From positions 13,640,001 through 13,704,000 of the forward strand of contig JBHGNT010000013.1 of NCBI GenBank assembly GCA_043228905.1: 64,000 nt of DNA, read 5' to 3'. Both the position numbers and the translations under genes were made by a program. This document shows, in pieces, positions 24,301-35,536 of the stretch. This DNA is from Azolla caroliniana. Its lineage: Eukaryota > Plantae > Polypodiophyta. The notes below the pieces were generated by a model that saw only the letters and a program-made list of their open reading frames with translations, searched no databases and was not told the origin of the DNA. How positions within the stretch are numbered: the first letter of the stretch is position 1; each line of letters begins with the position of its first letter.

Positions 24301-24994
24301 AAACTAGGATGAGGAGGTCAGTGCAAAGAACCTCGTTGATACTGAAAAGTTTCAACCTGCTTCGCGAGAGCCTATTCCTCCGTTAGCCGGGGAACCGGGG
24401 GAGCTAATAGAGCTTGATGATGAGCTTATAGAAGATATTTCGTTGGCTCGGCTAACATGGGAAGCGAATGCACGTATAGCCGAAGAGACTTCTATACAAG
24501 AGGATGAAGAAAATGATATTGATGATTTTATTGCTATGTAATAGACTCTTCTAAAAACGCGAAATGTAATGTTTGGACTTCACATTATTAATATAGATTT
24601 TGGGTTTTACTTAGTGGATTCTATTATTTATAATCTTTTATATGTTTCAATTTTATTTTTATATACTTGGTTAGTAGACTTATGACATTGGTTTCACCGC
24701 GTGCATTGTTGACTACCAAATTTATGGAGAAACTTGAATTAGTTTAAATTGAGGCTAATTTTGGTCAAAGTTTACCTTAACATAACATGGTCGTAGAATT
24801 GCTGCCCTGACTGTCCATGTTGTTATTATGGATCTTTGTCTTCTATTGTTAAAACTATTATGTTTCTCTTCCATTGCTGCTTAGATTGTGTAGTGCATTG
24901 ATAATGGTTCCACTAGCGTTATCCGCATGTTTTTATACGCTTGTAGTTCCACTAGCGTTATCGTTCAGAGTTTGATCCCATGTGAATCACCTAA

Positions 24995-25246
24995 ACAATA
25001 GATTAGATCAATTTTAAATACAAGTATGAAAGCCTTAATAGGTTTGTTATTTCCACCACATTATCCTAAAGTTCACTGTCTTACATTGTCCACAATTATA
25101 TACATATGGCTTGATCCCATACAAACAAACTGAGGAATAGATTAGATCAACTTTAAATACAAGTATTAAATACTTTAATAAGTTAGTTATTCCAATCACA
25201 TTATCCTAAAGTGCACTATCCTACATTGTCCACAATTATATACATG
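24995..25246. repeat. Two ~110-bp direct repeats with ~140-bp period, downstream of the MTase gene
   Basis: AATAGATTAGATCAA.TTTAAATACAAGTAT...CACATTATCCTAAAGT...TACATTGTCCACAATTATATACAT occurs twice. Confidence 0.75.
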
Positions 25247-26207
25247 CAAGTATGGGTCAAAGTATAAATTATAACTCATTTTATTAGTATGGTTACAAGT
25301 ACACCTCATATTTTTGTAAAACTTACCAAATTAATATAAGTCTTTAACTTAGTGTTTCCCATGTTGCACATTATACTGAGCCATTGTTGAACTTTATTAT
25401 ACCTACATTAACTTATCAACACGTCCAAACTTGCATGATTTCTAATGATCTCCACTCGTAGACCTATCATGTATTTTTATATTTGCAAATTCTAATAAAG
25501 TTGTGGAACATGTGATACTAGTGCATCCAATTTTTGTAGAGAGGGTATATTTGGATAGTTTCAAGAAGATTCTACAAGTGGAATGCGCAATCCTTCCACT
25601 TGTGAACGTGAACGTGTTTCAAACTTTACTATTGTAATAACTTATCATAAGTGATATATGACTTATATTTACGCCTACTTTTACAAGAAGGCAGATCATG
25701 CACTTTTAGAGTGGATGAAAACTTTATCTAGAAGAAACAAGCAAACAAAAGAAAAGTTACTCATGCATGCTTAGTGTGCATGAACACTATATTTAGGAAA
25801 TGGAAAGCATGGTTGAGGAGGCAACTCATGCACACCTAGCGTGCATGAACACTTTAGGGAAAGCATGATGCTATGCTTAGCCTCTTCCATCACTATACAA
25901 GAGAAAGATGTATTTGGTTGTTGATTATTTTGTAAGGATTGACCAATATAAGATATTCGTGGGATTCACGAATTTGTCATCAAAATTGTCTCTTACTATC
26001 TAAATATTGATTAAATACACTAAACTCGTGGGATTCATGAAATTGATAACTTACCTCTCTTTCTACCTATTCATTACTAGCCTTATCTCATATTCTTCTT
26101 TCTCCTAGTCCAAAACCTCAGTGGTTCCCACCCGAGTCACGCAACGATCCGGAGCCGAAAGGCACGACACAAGTGGTGAACCCGACGTGAAACCGGGTGG
26201 TAAGGAG

Positions 26208-29200
26208 ATGGAAATTCAACCAGAGGCTAACAACATGATGACAATGTTCGAGCGGATGCTACAAGAACAACGCGCAATGTCGGAGATTGCGGCGGCAGTA
26301 GAGCGGCTTGTGCAACGGAACGAGCAATTCAATGGGAAAGATGTGTTGCGGTATTTGTGAGACTACAAGGCGGAAATGCTATGGTGCGGAATTTCGGAAG
26401 GATTACAAGTGACATCCTTCAATCGGGTGGTGACCGACGGTCTTCAAGGGAGTATCCACGGGATACGACAACGGAATCCGACATGGGAAGCATTTGAAGA
26501 GGCCCTAAAGACCACGTTCGCTATCGAGGACTCCTCCAAGGCAACGGGGAGAGGATTCGAAGATTGGGTGGAAATGCCAGACAAGGGGATGAAGGTCCTC
26601 GATGTGTTTTCGGCATTCAAAAGTTGGTTCGAGAGGTTGTCCGCGAGAGATCAATATATCCTCGCACCGGACAAAGTGATCATGTTCCTAGGAGTTGTAG
26701 ACATCTGGGACCGGAAAGACCTTGGAGTGCTTCTGGAGGACACGACCATGGAGAGTGGCCTCATCGATACATGGGATAACATGTGAGATATCGTCACACG
26801 ATACACAAAGAGGGGGCAATGGCTTGCTAACGAAGAAAAGAGGGTTTTGGAACCGATTGCAAACCGAGATCCGGATTGGAAGACCATTAACCGTGGGCTT
26901 GGGAGACTACGACCGAGAAAGGAATCGATGCAACCACAGTGGTGTAGTTGCTGAATGAGATGGAGAATCTAAAAATCGCGATGGTGAAGAAGTCGGATGA
27001 CTGTCCCACAAGTTCCAAGTATATGGACCGTCGGTGTATATGGTGTGATAGCACCGAACATGATCGGAGGGATTGCGACAAGCACAAGACGGCGTTACGA
27101 TGAGATCTTATCTACTACGAGGGAAATCAAATTCATTCAATGGACTCGCGGAAGCCACTCCGACCAAACTACTGGAAAGGCGGCATGAAGAAGGTCCTAG
27201 AGGAGGAAATAGCGGCGAAAGGGAATTATGCGACCACCGTGGGTGAGTCATCGGGAGAAAAGCCGTCTTTTTGGCCGGATGTGCTAGAAAACCCCGAGAA
27301 AATTGACTCCAATGAGATCCGAAGCACTGCGGAAGGCATCCGTGAAGCTACGGGATGGGAGTGCCCTGTCGATAAGAATAGTGTGTACGCCTTATGTCAA
27401 TTGCATGAAGTGTATATAGACGAGAAACGACGGCGCACGAATGAGGCAGCCGGACCATCGAAGACACCGGAAAGCTGGAACTCCGGAGGGAAGGGAAAAG
27501 AAAACACAATTCCGGCATTCAAGCTCGCCTCAGACATCGAACAACAAACAGACTTGAAAAAGGTGTTCGAGGAGAGAATCCTCGATAGCCGGGTAGAAAT
27601 TTCGCTTCGGGAATTACTCGGAATAGCGAAGAAGGGGTTCCACGATCTTCTTGTGGATCTCGTGAAGAGAAAAAGACAAAGTAGAGAGGAAAATGCTCCA
27701 AGGGTGAATGCAAATACCGTTTTAATGAATGACACCGAATTGGAGGACGAAATACTGAACTCCCACTACACAAGGCCACATTGGGCACGTGCAACTACGG
27801 AGACTCCGGTCCGAATCGGCAACATCAAAGAGCCTATGCTAGCATTGATTGATCACGGATCGGAGATGAACTTGATGTCCAAGGAGTTCTACCAGAAGGG
27901 GAAGTGTTCTATTAACACTAATCATGGATGGAAGATCCGGGCAGCCACTAAAGCAATAGAAGACCTATTTGCAGCTTGTCTGGATGTGACGGTGAAGATC
28001 GGAGATGTGGAGATAGACCAAAATTTCTTCATGCAAGATGAGGTCTCACACTCCGTGATCCTTGGGCAACCCTTTATCACGGCATCACGGATGGAGACTA
28101 AGGTGCTCGATAGCGGTGCAGCTTTCGCATGAATTCGGAGTCAAAGCGGAGGGAAATCCGTCCAATTCCTAACTGTGCCTGCGAATCATGAAAGGAACAA
28201 GAGGGAGCTCTTGTCCCAAACAAAGATGGATTTTTAGAGCGGATTGTTGCGGAGTGGGGAATTGATCGTCCAAGAAGCCCTGATACCCCACACAGGAAGA
28301 AAACTCTCGGAGCAAAACAAGTAAGAATCGCTCCGGATGGGGCATCTACATACACGACCGTAACCGGAGGAATGAAGAAAGAATACCGAAAAGTAGAGGA
28401 TAAGCTACGATCGGCATCAATAATAAAAGAAGACGAAGAAATCGTAGGAGTTGTCGAAGAAGTGTTCCATGGGAGCACGCTACAACGGCTTGAAGAGCTT
28501 GCAAAAGAAAACAGTCAGGGAGACCGGGTAGTTCCAGTGGAATCGGTCGAGATGTACGAGATCATTGCGAAAATGGGGCCGGATGCGCTCCGCAAAGAAG
28601 AAGCAATGGTAAGTACAAAATACAAGACCGTGGAGAAGAAAGTGAAACCGGCCGCAGGACCATTACCTGCCGATAGCGAACAAAAGAGGAAAGAAGTCTC
28701 GGTAGATCCGACACTTCGAAAGTCCGTGGATATCGGACACGCCTTCACGGATGAGACCCGGAGAAAACTTCGGATTGGTGGAGGTGGTTTCCTCTTACAA
28801 AAAGAAGAAGAACGGTTTCGTGATATGTTGGAACAACATGGAAAAGTATTTGCATTCACATCGAAGGAGATAGGGTGCATTGATCCGAAGATAGTGGAGC
28901 CGATGGTGATCTTCACGGTTGATCACGTGCCGTGGAACCTAAAGCCGATTTCGGTGTCACGGGCGCATATTCCGAAAGTCATCGACTTGCTCAAGGAGAA
29001 GGTGGCGATGGGGATTCTAGAGCCATCAAACGCTCCGTACTCAAATCGATGGTTTACGGTTCCGAAGAAGAATGGGTCACTTTGGTTTATTCAAGACTTG
29101 CAACCGGTGAACAAGGTCACGATCCGGAACTCCGGAGTTGGTCCGATAGTGGACGAATTTGCGGAAGCATTTGCCGAACGCGCGATATACTCCATCGGAG

Positions 29201-31835
29201 ACCTATACTCCGGGTATGACCAATTCCAACTAGCCGTGGAGAGCCAAGACATCACTACCATGCGAACACCTATAGGATTAGTCTGTATGTGCACACTACC
29301 ACAAGGCGCAATGAACTTGGTCGCACATATGATGAATGCAATGAACAAGGTGCTTCGAGACTGCATTCCGAAGATAACGATGTCGTTCCTAGATGACATT
29401 CCGATGAAAGGATGCGCGGTGGAAGGTAAAGATGAAACTATGGATGATCCGGGATGCCGACAGTTCATAGTCGACCATTATATTCGTGATTGCGAGAAAG
29501 TGCTATGAAACTTAGAAGATGTGCACCTAACACTTTCCGGAGAGAAATCGGCATTCGGACAAGAAGAAATATTGGTAGTCGGACATCTATGTGGGCCCTA
29601 CGGCCGAAGACCGTCACCAACCAAGATCGATGCGATTCAAGCTATGAAAGAAGTATGCGAGTCACAATCCGAAGTCCGAAGGTTTCTTGGAGCATGTGCA
29701 TTCTATCACATATGGATTCCACACTATGCACATATTGCGGACCCACTCTATCACTTGTTGCGGAAGGGTAAGACGTTCGAATGGAGACCGGAACATACCA
29801 AAGCCATGAAGAAGCTTAAGAAAACACTACGGAGGGCAGAATCACCTAAGAAGCCAAGCGATGACTGACCGATCATAGTAACGGTAGACACTAGTCCAAC
29901 CGGAATCGGATGGGTCATCAATCAAGCCAACTCGGATGGTTCGCGATATCCGATCCGATTCGGAGCAAAGGTTCTCAACGAAAGGCAACACAGGTATGCA
30001 CAAGTCAAAAGAGAATTATGGGGAGTCGTGTCGGCAATCAAATCGGATCGAGATTATTTGATCAGAGCCGAAGTAGTGATCAAAACGGATTGTCTTCCGA
30101 TACTCGGGATGATGCAATGTTGTACTATACCGGATGTGGCTATGCTAAGGTGGATTGCATATGTTAAGTCACTTAATCCGGAGGTACGACACATCTCTGG
30201 AAAAGACAACGCGGTAGCGGATATGCTATCAAGGGCGCGGTTCAGAGACGACATAACCGAATCCGATAATGAAGAAGTTTCCAAAGACTACTTTGCTTCG
30301 GAGCACATATGCTTGGTGAATGCAATCCGAGAATTCTAGGAAGAAGAATACGAGGGAGAAAGCTTGCTGATCGGGAAAGTGCTACAAGAAATCGAGGAAT
30401 CATCGAACAATAGAGAGAAGAGAGCCGAGATCCGAAGTAAGAAGTGGCAAGTCCGAAAGTTCTTCTTGAAAGATGGATTAATATGGAGGGAGCCGAAAAG
30501 ACCGGATGGCATACCACTTCGAGTAGTCGGAACAAACGAGCAACGAAACTTGATAATGTCCGAATTTCACGAATCTGATTGGGCTGGACATCGGGGAACA
30601 TGGGCAACATTTGTGAAGATCAAGCAACGATATTGGTGGAAGAATATGTACAAAGATGTCGCGGAGTTCACGGGAAGCTGCGAGAAATGCCAAGTCTACT
30701 CCGGGGTTCGACACCGAGATGAGTTACATCCGACATTCTCACCAACAATCAACTTTAAATGGATGGTCGACATTGTAGCCATGCCAATCGGGATCGGACA
30801 AAAGAAGTACCTTGGTGTTAGCTCGGGAAGATCTCACAAGCCAAGTAGAAGGTCAAGCACTATGGAGGAAAACGTGTTCCATGATATGCCAATTTCTTTT
30901 GGAAGAAGTGTTTTGCAGGTACGGGTGCGTAGGACAAGTGATTGCAGATCGGGGAGAACTCAACTTTGATAAAGCTAGGGAATTCTTCACTAAACATGGA
31001 GTTCAGTTAACACTAACAACAACATACAATCCGGAAGCCAACAGGAAGATCGAACAAGGACATAGTCCAATCGTCAAAGCATGGGTGCGATAGAAGGGTG
31101 AAGGATTGACCGTAGATGCTCCCGTATGCACTATGGGCGGATCGCATGACGCATAGTTCCGTGACCGGTTTTATGCCAACCGAACTCATGACCGGACAAG
31201 CACCGGTAATGCTGATGGAAACCGCAATTGCGACATGGACAATGCTGCCGTGGAAGGAAGAGATGAGCTAGGAAGAACTACTAACGGTCCGGATACGACA
31301 ACTGGAGGGAAGACCGGAAGACATAGCGGAAGCAACACGCCGACAAAAGGAAGCGCGATTTCGGAACAAAAGCCGATTCGACACAAAGCATCGACTACGA
31401 CCGCGGGAGATTGAAGAAGGAGATTGGGTGATTGTCTATGACAGTGGTCTGGATCATCAACATACAACGATACTGAAGTTCGCGAAAAGGTGGTTCGGGC
31501 CATACGAGGTTCGGAAAGTTTTCGACAACGAAACTTACTAACTATGCGAGTTGGATGGAACAATACTATGGGTGCCTATCATGGGGAAACGGGTGAAGAT
31601 TTTTAAGAAGCGGACTGACGGTGAGCCTTATGTAAGCTTAGACAAGACCGACAACGAGGAGCAATTGGACAAAGCTCGTGGAGATGTAGAAAGAGAAGAA
31701 AGTGGTCTACAATTGATAGTTGATATAAGGGAGGAATTGGAAAGTGCTACGGATGAAGACGAACAACAGGCATCGGGAACTTCGGCACATACCAGAGGAT
31801 GTGCGGGTTTGGAGGGGGCGAGTGTTGTAGTGTAA
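26208..31835 (+). pseudogene. E4 gag-protease and pol remnants
   Basis: LIDHGSEMN, KYKTVEKKVKP, FLDD, and RNase H and integrase fragments in several frames. Confidence 0.9.
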
Positions 31836-32709
31836 TTCGCACACTACGTAAAAATTTCATTTTGGTCCTTCTAATGGGACAAGGAGGACCCGGTAAGGAG
31901 AACCGGTGAGAACTGGATGAAGGAGGAACCAACAAGGAGGACCCGATAAGGAGAACCGGTGAGAACCAAATGAAGGAGGAACCGGCAAGGAGGACCCGAT
32001 AAGAACCGGATCAAGCAGAACCGGCAAGAGCCGGATAAAGAAGGCCGGTGAGAGTCTCTCACCGGATCAAGAGACAAATTTGTAAATAGAAGAAAAGATT
32101 GTTACATGCATAGGGTAGGATTTGAACCCTGTACCAACATGTAAATAAACTCAAACTTTACTATTGTAATAACTTATCATATGTGATATATGACTTATAT
32201 TTACGCCTACTTTTACAAGAAGGCAGATCATGCACTTTTAGAGTGGAGGAAAACTTTATCTAGAAGAAACAAGCAAACAAAAGAAAAGTTACACATGCAT
32301 GCTTAGCGTGCATGAACACTATATTTAAGAAATGGAAAGCATGGTTGAGAGGAGGCAACTCATCCACACCTAGCGTGCATGAACACTTTAGGGAAAGCAT
32401 GATGCTATGCTTAGCCTCTTCCATCACTATATAAGGAAGAGAGAAAGACGTATTTGGTTGTTGATTATGTTGAAAGGATTGACCAATATAAGATATTCAT
32501 GGGATTCACGAATTTGTCACCAAAATTGTCTCTTACTATCTAAATATTGATTAAATACACTAAACTCGTTGGATTCACGAGATTGATAACCTACCTCTCT
32601 TTCTACCTATTCATTACTAGCCTTATCTCATATTCTTCTTTCTCCTAGTCCAAAACCTCAGTGGTTCCCACCCGAGTCACGCAATGATCCGGAACCGAAA
32701 GGCACGAGA
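31823..32709 (+). repeat. 3' LTR of E4, with AGGA..ACCGG short repeats at ~31880-32070
   Basis: Follows PPT GGAGGGGGCGAG; 32151-32709 matches 25619-26169; terminal CA mutated to GA. Confidence 0.85.
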
Positions 32710-33416
32710 GCGTTTGAGAAACCGTGGGGCAAAGATGGATGCGGATGAAAATGCTAATAACTTCTCGCCATAGTAATGGAATTCAGTAAATGAACATTAT
32801 TTAGAAATCTCTCTAAAAGAGCTTTCCAACGAGCTATAGAGGATAGAAAACGATGCCCGGAGTGAACTTACAGAGAGTTTTGAGAGAGAGAGTGAGAGAG
32901 AGAGAGCCTAGATGGATGTAGCTCAGTTGGTAAGGTTGCCCAATGGAGACCAGGTGGTCATGGATTCAAACCCTACATTCCATAGTGGCATCTAGTGAAT
33001 TAAGAGATATACAAGAAGAGATTGTATCTGTTGTAGCCGCCTATTGGCGAAGAGTTTGAGTTGAAGGTTGTTGCCTTTGTGTCTCCGTTGTATCCTACCT
33101 CTTTTCCATAGTGTTGACAATCAAGCTCAACCTAGTCTAATGTGTGAACACACCCTTGAGAGTGTATGAACACTCAAAGGTCAAAAGTCACACCACTACT
33201 CTTTACACATTAACTATGTGTCATATAATCATATTCTATGACACATAACTAATGAGTTTCCACATTCCCCATGACTCATGAGCTTCGGTAATTAATGAAG
33301 AGAGAGACTGACTATATAAAGCACCCTCCTCCTACTTTGTAACATGTCGATTAATCTCCTTTGTAATATACAATCTTCTTGAGTATTTTCTATTATCGAT
33401 GTTGTGTCTCTCTCCA

Positions 33417-33482
<66 letters not shown>

Positions 33483-33693
33483 ACATCTCTAACATATTCC
33501 GCTTCACAAGAATCACCATCGATTCTTTACATGGTATCAGAGCGATTTGGTAGCTTGATCTAGCCCACTCGCCTCATCGTGACCGTGTGTTGTGTCTATG
33601 CCGACGATTCAATGAAATCCAACTCATCGCTATCGTAGTGTTGCTGCATAGATTGTATTCAAGAGAAGAAGGAAGACATCTACATCGAACACC

Positions 33694-34523
33694 ATGAATA
33701 CTCAAATGGGGAGCGCTCTCCCTAGTGAGAAGTTGGATTGAAACAACTTCACATCTTGGGACTACAAGATGCACCAATACCTTGTCGGTTAAGGTTATTG
33801 GAGCTACATCAAAGGAGCACAAGAAAATCGACCCGACCCAAAGGATGTCGACTACTCAACATGGGAGCAAGTGGTGAATCGAGTAATGTATTGCTTGGCG
33901 ACATGTGTTCATGACTACATGCTCGGCTACATTCAAGAAGCCACGACACCAAAGGAAGCATGGGAGAATCTAAGGAAGATATTCTCCACCAATACGACGG
34001 CACGAAAGCTTCAACTTTGCCAAGAGTTGAACAATATTCAACTAAGAGACTTGTCTATCACAAGCTACACCTTGAAGATCAAGGAGCTTTGTGACTCACT
34101 CAACTCAATAACTGTCAATGTGGATGATGATGAGATGGTGTAAATATGCCTTGGCAGCCTTGCACCACGGTTCGACACGATAAGGACCACCGTACTAGCA
34201 AGGGAGAATCCTCCCCCTTTCTTTGATCTTCAATCTATGTTGTTGGTTGAAGAAAATCATGTTTGAACGAGGAGTAACGCCTCGGAAGGCCACATGCTCT
34301 ACACACATTCGAACGGAGGAAGAGGCCGATTCGGTGAAGGACGAGGCAGACGAGGTTCGACTTACGACAACAACCCCCAATTTCGGCAACAAGACGGAAG
34401 CCATCGAGGAACCTTCTGAAGAGGGGGGAGCTTTCATTCCGGTATGAGCCGACAAACCTCGATCGAATGCGGATATTGCAGAAAATCGGCCACCATGAAG
34501 AAGAGTGTCGAAAGAAGAAGCGC
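33694..34523 (+). pseudogene. E9 Copia gag with multiple stops
   Basis: EKLD*NNFTSWDYKM, ATTPKEAWENL, and zinc knuckle CGYCRKIGHHEEEC. Confidence 0.85.
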
Positions 34524-35292
34524 TGTCGTGAAGAATGTGCTTCACGATATAAAAATGAGCTTAAATGTTGTATTTAATAATATTTAAGAGACTTGAACCC
34601 ACATCCTTATATACGATGTACAATGTACATACCACTAGGCTAGGCTATTTATTTGTAAAAGTGTATAATAAATGTGCTTCATGATATAAGAATGAAGCTA
34701 TATATTGTATTAAGTAAAATTGAGGGACTTGAACCCTCAACCTTGTATATCAAGCACAAACCATACACCACTAAGCTAGGTTATTTGTTTTAGGGTTATA
34801 TGCATCATTGTACTTATCCCAATACATGGGAGCTCAAATGAGCATGATGGCTATCATGCATCACATGCAATGCATGTGCGCCAAATGGCGATCATGCATC
34901 AGATGTAACTCATGCATTACATGCATGACATTACCATATGCATGGAAATACTTATAAAAAGAGAGGAAAGGAAAACAAAAGGGAATCAAGGAATCAAGAG
35001 AGAGTAAAAAAATAATACAATCAATTGAAGAAGACTAGCTCATTGGGTGGAGAACCTCTCGTTTCGAAGTTGAGGTCGAGGGTTCAAATCAAGGGTCGGT
35101 ATTGAAAAGATTTATCTTGCGATCAAGGATTGTAAAGTTGGTAAAATATTATATTTTTAATATACATCATGTTTATATCATATACTCTTGTTCTTTGAAT
35201 CATACTTTGTCTCAATCTTCTTTCTAGAATCATACTTTGTCTCAATCTTCTTTCTTGAATCATACATTGTCTCTATCTTTTATCTATGCTCG

Positions 35293-35362
<70 letters not shown>

Positions 35363-35497
35363 TACTTGTAACTCTTCATCTTACTATCCTTAACCATTCT
35401 ATCATCACCATACAAGCCTTATTAAACTTAAGTTTCTTCAACTCCCCTTAACCTTAGTCCCCGCGACTTCGCCGCACGAACCACAACTACCCCGACA
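34524..35497 (+). repeat. 5' LTR of E5, with a ~136-bp internal duplication, 30-bp repeats and a (CT)n(CA)n tract
   Basis: TGTCG...CGACA termini; direct repeat of 41099-42066. Confidence 0.95.
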
Positions 35498-35536
35498 CAT
35501 TTGGTGAACCCGACGTGAAGGCGACGACGAGGAGAA

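Larger units (their letters stand above)
19254..24541 (+). pseudogene. Spliced gene for a ParB/Srx-like domain fused to a beta-class N6A/N4C DNA methyltransferase, inactivated by stops, a frameshift and a solo LTR
   Basis: Predicted exons ~19254-19288, 20677-22951, ~23030-23166 (acceptor apparently mutated), 23250-23716, 23805-24097, 24189-24541, with GT/AG sites that mostly keep phase. ParB-like: IRE...PFIVMV...YFVIGGSHS...LTTEEAKLLAWDHN. MTase: CGDAVDMI...IVDIPY, WIK, NPYQRP..LM.RLIEMFS.EGDWILDLISGIGTT...VALEKD. Confidence 0.82.
25619..32709 (+). mobile_element. E4: decayed non-chromovirus Gypsy element of the tRNA-Trp-primed group; 5' LTR truncated
   Basis: 5' LTR remnant 25619-26169; PBS TGGTGAACCCGACGTGA at 26174-26190; 3' LTR 31823-32709; homologous to E5 and E6 with many stops. 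Confidence 0.9.

Noticed and set aside
32911-32984. Functional tRNA gene
   Set aside because: Anticodon and T stems do not pair properly, so it is reported only as a tRNA-like module.
35293-35360. (CT)n/(CA)n microsatellites here and at ~730, 20991, 33420 and 41868
   Set aside because: These are ordinary simple repeats inside LTRs.
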